Origin: an uncultured Chthoniobacterales bacterium
GTDB lineage: Bacteria; Verrucomicrobiota; Verrucomicrobiia; Chthoniobacterales; CALDSX01
Length of the DNA stretch: 50,120 bases
Reading direction: 5' to 3'
NCBI GenBank assembly: GCA_937924445.1
Contig: CALDSX010000003.1
Coordinates: 1 to 50,120 of the forward strand
The notes beneath the pieces were generated by a model, which saw only the letters and a list, made by a program, of their open reading frames with translations, did no database searches and had not been told where the DNA came from. The position numbers were made by a program, and so were the translations under genes. Shown piece after piece: positions 46,087-50,120 of the stretch; the first letter of the stretch is position 1; each line of letters opens with the position of its first letter.

Positions 46087-47456
46087 GCGGATATGAGACG
46101 GAGCGCATCACCAATTTTGGATTCAAGCTCTGCCCATTCGGCTTCTGCCTTGGAACCCGCCACAATACCGGCGCCCGCAAAGACATCGAGCTGAGCTCCC
46201 GTAAGATGCATAGAACGAATAGCTACAGAAAACTCGGCGAAATCCAACCCAGCAACCCCGATGGGGCCCGCATACCATCCGCGATCGAAAGGCTCGACCT
46301 GGCGAAGAAAGCAGAGAGCTTCGTCGTTCGGCAGTCCGCACGTGGCCGGCGTTGGATGAAGCGCTCGAAGCACCGCATCGTCACCGGTCTGATCCTTCAG
46401 CTGTGCTGTAAAAGCGGTGCGTAGATGCTGAATACGCGCCAGCTTGAGGAGATGTGGCTGAGGATCGTGTGCGATAGAAACCGACAACCCCTCTAGTGCT
46501 TCTGCAATTTTTTCAACCACAATCCGGTGCTCATCGCGCTCCTTAGGCTCTGTGATCAGTTGCCCTGTCAGCCGCTCGTCCTCAGCGGCATCAAGACTCC
46601 GAGGACGGGTCCCTGCCAACGCTTCACTCTCAATAATTCGTCCCCTGCGGCGGAATAGCAATTCCGGACTCGCTCCAAGAAACGCACCAGAATAAGGGCC
46701 CGGCTCGAGACAGAAATGAAAACATCGTGGGCTGAGAGCCGCCAAGCGTGCAGCCAATAAAAAAGGATCAAGAACCCTTTCCAAATCGAACCTCGAACGT
46801 CGCGCCAGCACAACCTTGCTCAATTGTCTTTTTTCGATAAGACAAAGCGCACGCCCCACTGCCTCGCGCCAATCACCAAAATGAGGCACATCCCAGCGTG
46901 AAAGCGCAGAGGGGATCACCCCCTCCTGATTCTGCTTACTCCGCAAAATCCACTTCAAAACATCCTGTGCATCATTTGAAGGGCCAAGAATATTTAAAGC
47001 CAAACGGCAGTGGCTCCCAGATTCAATCAGTTCCGCGCGAGGAATAAAAAATAGCGTGGCTGGAAAAAACTCCCAATCATCAAAAGGCGAGGGGCTCAGA
47101 TCAAAACTGCTGCCGCCGCAGAAGCGAACCCCTGCCGAAGCGCGGAGGATCTGTTCTGCAAGCATGTGAGGCGGCCCTATGACAAGTGCGCCAGTGGCCG
47201 CCAAACGCTCCCCAGTCTCGCGGCTTCTCCAAAAAAACCGCGGATACCATGGGGCAGACCGAAGGCAGACAGGGTCGAAAAGAACGTCCGGCAATTCCAC
47301 CTCAACCCGACCAATCACCCCATGTGGCACGCTCCGGCTCACTTCATCAGCTAAGCACAGGAGCAGACTCGGCCAGTCGCCTCTAGCATCAGAAGGCAAA
47401 TATTTGTCAGCGCGATAATCGAACGAGGAAATCGGCTGCAAAAGTGCGGAACTCAT
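46083..47456 (-). CDS. menF: isochorismate synthase
   Basis: Chorismate-binding motifs SPELLF, ALAGT, LHPTPATCG, FDRGWYAGPIG, AGAGIVAGS. 457 aa. Confidence 0.93.
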   Translation of the reverse strand: MSSALLQPISSFDYRADKYLPSDARGDWPSLLLCLADEVSRSVPHGVIGRVEVELPDVLFDPVCLRSAPWYPRFFWRSRETGERLAATGALVIGPPHMLAEQILRASAGVRFCGGSSFDLSPSPFDDWEFFPATLFFIPRAELIESGSHCRLALNILGPSNDAQDVLKWILRSKQNQEGVIPSALSRWDVPHFGDWREAVGRALCLIEKRQLSKVVLARRSRFDLERVLDPFLLAARLAALSPRCFHFCLEPGPYSGAFLGASPELLFRRRGRIIESEALAGTRPRSLDAAEDERLTGQLITEPKERDEHRIVVEKIAEALEGLSVSIAHDPQPHLLKLARIQHLRTAFTAQLKDQTGDDAVLRALHPTPATCGLPNDEALCFLRQVEPFDRGWYAGPIGVAGLDFAEFSVAIRSMHLTGAQLDVFAGAGIVAGSKAEAEWAELESKIGDALRLISA

Positions 47457-47555
47457 TTCTTAAAATTTACGCCACCCGAGGAAAGGTTGTTGCAAGAGAG
47501 CTATGTTGAATTTTGATGGATTTGCGGAGTCTAATGCAATAAGAATTGGCACTGC

Positions 47556-48011
47556 ATGAAGAGTCCTTTTTTGCACACGTATAGACGTCGGATCGCATTT
47601 GCAGAAACCGACGCGGCTGGAGCGGCTCATTTTTCTGTTCTGTTTCGGCTTGCGGAGGAGGCTGAACACGAATTTCTCGAAAGACTCGGCCTTTGCGTTC
47701 TTACGGAAGAAACCGGCTGGCCACGCCTGGCCGCGAGGGCGGAATTTCGGGCCCCACTGCGATTTGGCGATCTTGTTGAGGTTCGACTCGGGCTGCGAGA
47801 GTTGAAGACCAGTTCGGTGACATGGAGATTTCATTTGCATCGTGTGTCCGATGGCTCTTTGGCGGCTGATGGTGAAATTATAACCTGTTATGTGAGAAGG
47901 AACACAGACGGTTGGCAACCCTGCCCTTTGCCCGGGATGATGCGCTCGCTTCTTTCAAACAAGTCCTCTAGAGAATATTCACCGGAGGGAGAATCCCAGA
48001 GAGCCCCCTGA
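47556..48011 (+). CDS. hotdog-fold (4HBT/YbgC-type) acyl-CoA thioesterase, candidate DHNA-CoA hydrolase
   Basis: YRRRIAFAETDAAGAAHFSVLFRLAEEAEHEFL matches the 4HBT N-terminal catalytic-Asp region. Divergently oriented from menF, 99 bp away. Confidence 0.8.
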   Translation: MKSPFLHTYRRRIAFAETDAAGAAHFSVLFRLAEEAEHEFLERLGLCVLTEETGWPRLAARAEFRAPLRFGDLVEVRLGLRELKTSSVTWRFHLHRVSDGSLAADGEIITCYVRRNTDGWQPCPLPGMMRSLLSNKSSREYSPEGESQRAP

Positions 48012-48018
48012 CACCCTT

Positions 48019-48243
48019 CTAATCCCCTTGTATCTTTCCGGGTGGCACAATTTGAAGTTTCCCCTCGGCGATCTCTTTAAGGGCAATTGCAGCGGCTGGA
48101 AGTCTGCGGTTGTTTTCCGAATGGGTATCCACCATTGGACGATGCCCTTGGTTGAGCTGTTTGACCCTCTGGGAGACAATGTTGATGAGGAGGTTTTCGT
48201 TAGGGACAACTTTAAGCGCCTGCTCAATATAGGTGGTCAACAT
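48019..48243 (-). CDS. rpoZ: DNA-directed RNA polymerase subunit omega
   Basis: 74 aa. NENLLINIVSQRVKQLNQG...AAAIALKEIAEGKL fits the RpoZ pattern. Confidence 0.8.
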   Translation of the reverse strand: MLTTYIEQALKVVPNENLLINIVSQRVKQLNQGHRPMVDTHSENNRRLPAAAIALKEIAEGKLQIVPPGKIQGD

Positions 48244-48526
48244 ACGATAGAGGGAATGCTTCGAGAAGAGCCTGTGAGATAGAACGAGAGTTGGCCTTGC
48301 AACCCCGGTTCCCTAAGGAACAAAAACCCGAAACCGGAGCGGGTATTCCACCGAGGCAATCACAGAAATAAATGTGGCCTTTGGGCAGCACCCGCCGGGG
48401 TGTGAACAAGAGAAGAAGCATTGAACAAGAGCTGCAGCGTGTCAAGACGAAGTTTTGTGATAAACTGAGCACAAAAGAAGACTTTCTCATTCTCACCAAA
48501 GGACAACCAAAGAGTTGCTGTTCGTC

Positions 48527-49513
48527 TCATCCTTCACTGAGCATTTTGTCGTAAAACGCAACAATGTCACCAATGGGATCTTTTTCGGAAAATGAAATCG
48601 CACTACGCGGATGCGCGTTGAGCGCACCTGTAATCAAGTAGGGAACGTTTGGCCCCCAGTCAAAGCGTTTTTTCATTGGCAAAATTGTGTCACGAATCAG
48701 CCGCAGCACAGGGCGAAGCTTGAACTTCGGGTTGCGGAGAAAACTCAGGAGAATTTCCATTGGACAATTTCCGGCCCCGCGTCCGAGCCCGAGCATAGTT
48801 GCGTCAACGCGATTGCATCCGAGAATAATCGCTTCGATCGTGTTGGCAAAGGCAAGCTGGAGATTGTTATGAGCGTGGATGCCGATTTCTTTCTCCGTGC
48901 CATCGAGAGCCAACTTGTATTTATTAACCAGATGATCAATCTGTTCGCGATAAAGGCTCCCGTAGCTATCTACGACGACAACGGTCCCGACAGGAGTGTC
49001 TCGTGCGATTTCAAGCACCTGGTCAATCTCGGCGTCGTGCACCGTTGAAATGGCCATGATGTTCAGCGACGTCTCGTAACCGAGCTTATGATAATGTCGA
49101 ACCATATCCGCCGCCTCAGAAATCTGGTACGCATAACAGGCAACGCGAATCATATCGAGCACGCTCTCGGAGCAGGGGCGCTCATCGGAACGCCAGTCGC
49201 ACTTGCCTCCCGCATCGGCCATTGCAGCCAGCTTTAGGCCCGTAGCTTCTGCTGAATGATCACCGACAACGCGACGCAAATCCTCCTCCAGACAATGCCG
49301 CCATGGGCCAAATACATCGCGCGGAAACTCGGTTGGCGAGTTTTTGTAACCGATTTCCATATAATCAATTCCGGCCTCAATACAGCACTCATAAACCGCT
49401 CGTACTTCGTCGTCGGTGAAGTTTGAATTGTTCATCAGGCCACCGTCGCGGATGGTGCAGTCCAGCACGCGCAGCTCCGGGCGGTAAGTAATCCAAGGGG
49501 CTTTTTCGCTCAC
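48527..49513 (-). CDS. HMGL-like (DRE-TIM) aldolase / pyruvate-carboxyltransferase-domain protein
   Basis: LDCTIRDGG at the N-terminus, HAHNNLQLAFANT metal-binding region, GLGRGAGN. 328 aa. Substrate not inferable. Confidence 0.8.
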   Translation of the reverse strand: MSEKAPWITYRPELRVLDCTIRDGGLMNNSNFTDDEVRAVYECCIEAGIDYMEIGYKNSPTEFPRDVFGPWRHCLEEDLRRVVGDHSAEATGLKLAAMADAGGKCDWRSDERPCSESVLDMIRVACYAYQISEAADMVRHYHKLGYETSLNIMAISTVHDAEIDQVLEIARDTPVGTVVVVDSYGSLYREQIDHLVNKYKLALDGTEKEIGIHAHNNLQLAFANTIEAIILGCNRVDATMLGLGRGAGNCPMEILLSFLRNPKFKLRPVLRLIRDTILPMKKRFDWGPNVPYLITGALNAHPRSAISFSEKDPIGDIVAFYDKMLSEG

Positions 49514-49728
49514 AGTTTTTGTCGTTGTTAGTTTGGTTCCTCGATGTGCAAAGAAAGAGCAGCATTGCAGAGCATGGACGTTTGGTCAACCGGCTCCGGC
49601 ACAAAACCACCCCTCAAGACTTTTTAATACTACATCCCGCAGTTGAGATGGCACGGTAAAGGATCGGCGAGCCAATTTTCTGGGCTGAGGGGTTGTGCCA
49701 GCACAGAGAGCGCTCGAAAGTTTGTTGC

Positions 49729-49945
49729 CTATCCAACTCTGCGCCGCAAGTGGCTCAAACAGCCTTCGAGCCGCTTGTAAGCTTGGCTGATGGCTGCCCA
49801 CCATTTCTCTGAGATGTCGAGTTTGAGAGTCTTCTGCCGTCCGCTCTCGACCAGTTTGGCCGGGACAAGCAAGAGTTCATCACAACTGGTCACCGCCTCG
49901 GTATGCACCCCCCTGCTCCTTGACCACGCGCACGAAAAGCGTGCA
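49729..49945 (-). pseudogene. possible C-terminal remnant of a DDE transposase (IS1380/IS4/IS701-like tail)
   Basis: Start-less open frame ...TEAVTSCDELLLVPAKLVESGRQKTLKLDISEKWWAAISQAYKRLEGCL* resembles the conserved ..L...A.L...gR...L.L...w tail of these transposases. No N-terminal part is present. Confidence 0.35.
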
Positions 49946-50120
49946 GAGGTTGTTGGTCAGCCGTTGCAGGTTGCGTTGGCGCGTGGGGCGGTCCCGGCCG
50001 AGGAAGGCGTCGCGGGCCGCGCATTTCCACGCCGCCGAACCGAACAGTGCGCAGGCCACCGCTCGACCGTGCCGGTCCCGCACGAGGTTAGCGGATATTT
50101 TCGCCGACGGTGTTGCGGTG
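49880..50120 (-). pseudogene. truncated DUF4338 (DruA-family) gene fragment, open to the window edge
   Basis: LVRDRHGRAVACALFGSAAWKCAARDAFLGRDRPTRQRNLQRLTNN matches the conserved DUF4338 core as I recall it (..FGAAAWKC..RD.FIGW....R..NL.L..NN.RFLILPW). Similarity breaks after TNN near 49948 and a stop follows. The stretch is visibly more GC-rich than the rest of the window. Confidence 0.55.

Noticed and set aside
39836-47456. Functional operon link between sucA (2-oxoglutarate E1) and the men operon (MenD uses 2-oxoglutarate)
   Set aside because: A good intrinsic terminator (42664..42709) and a 124-bp gap separate menB from sucA. The adjacency may be coincidental.
49880-50120. A Druantia defence system
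   Set aside because: Only a truncated DUF4338 fragment is present. No large DruE-type helicase or other partner genes lie downstream in the window.
1-50120. rRNA, tRNA, tmRNA, RNase P RNA, SRP RNA and CRISPR arrays
   Set aside because: I scanned the intergenic regions by eye for T-arm (GGTTCGA..), RNase P (GGAAAGTCC) and SRP motifs and for regularly spaced repeats, and found none. Covariance-model searches are needed for certainty.

Overview
The window reads as densely packed, mostly housekeeping chromosome from a moderate-GC bacterium. It may belong to the PVC/Verrucomicrobiota group, but that is a weak inference from a DUF4338 fragment, an H-X9-DG-like secreted protein and a Rho with a long disordered N-terminus. 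I can support about 47 protein-coding genes. In window order they are: (rnpA?)-yidD-yidC-jag-purF-SDR-gnd on the plus strand; cysH; a PAS protein; ffh-rpsP-khpA; a seven-gene glycan-synthesis block (2-hydroxyacid dehydrogenase, two GT4, an acetyltransferase, GT2, a WecB/TagA-like GT, then a polysaccharide deacetylase); an L,D-transpeptidase; an IHF/HU-like protein; ilvN-ilvC; four small secreted or lipoprotein genes; queC-queE-queD; a 1.16 kb stretch with no intact gene; typA / yebC-rho-recD2-DUF167; a second L,D-transpeptidase plus a processive GT2 synthase; sufS-sufU; a 3D-domain protein; sucA; menF-menD-menH-menB with a divergent hotdog thioesterase; rpoZ; an HMGL-like aldolase; and a GC-rich mobile-element scar at the right edge. 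I recognised no rRNA, tRNA or CRISPR array. I did not find a convincing new multi-gene system. The most unusual items are an orphan anti-sigma-like protein with a LOV-like PAS domain that lacks the adduct cysteine, the secreted/lipoprotein islet at 21.6-23.6 kb, the coding desert at 25.6-26.8 kb, an apparent frameshift in the putative rnpA, translational coupling of recD2 with DUF167, and the DUF4338/transposase scar at the edge. All family calls were made by eye from motifs and gene order, with no database search.
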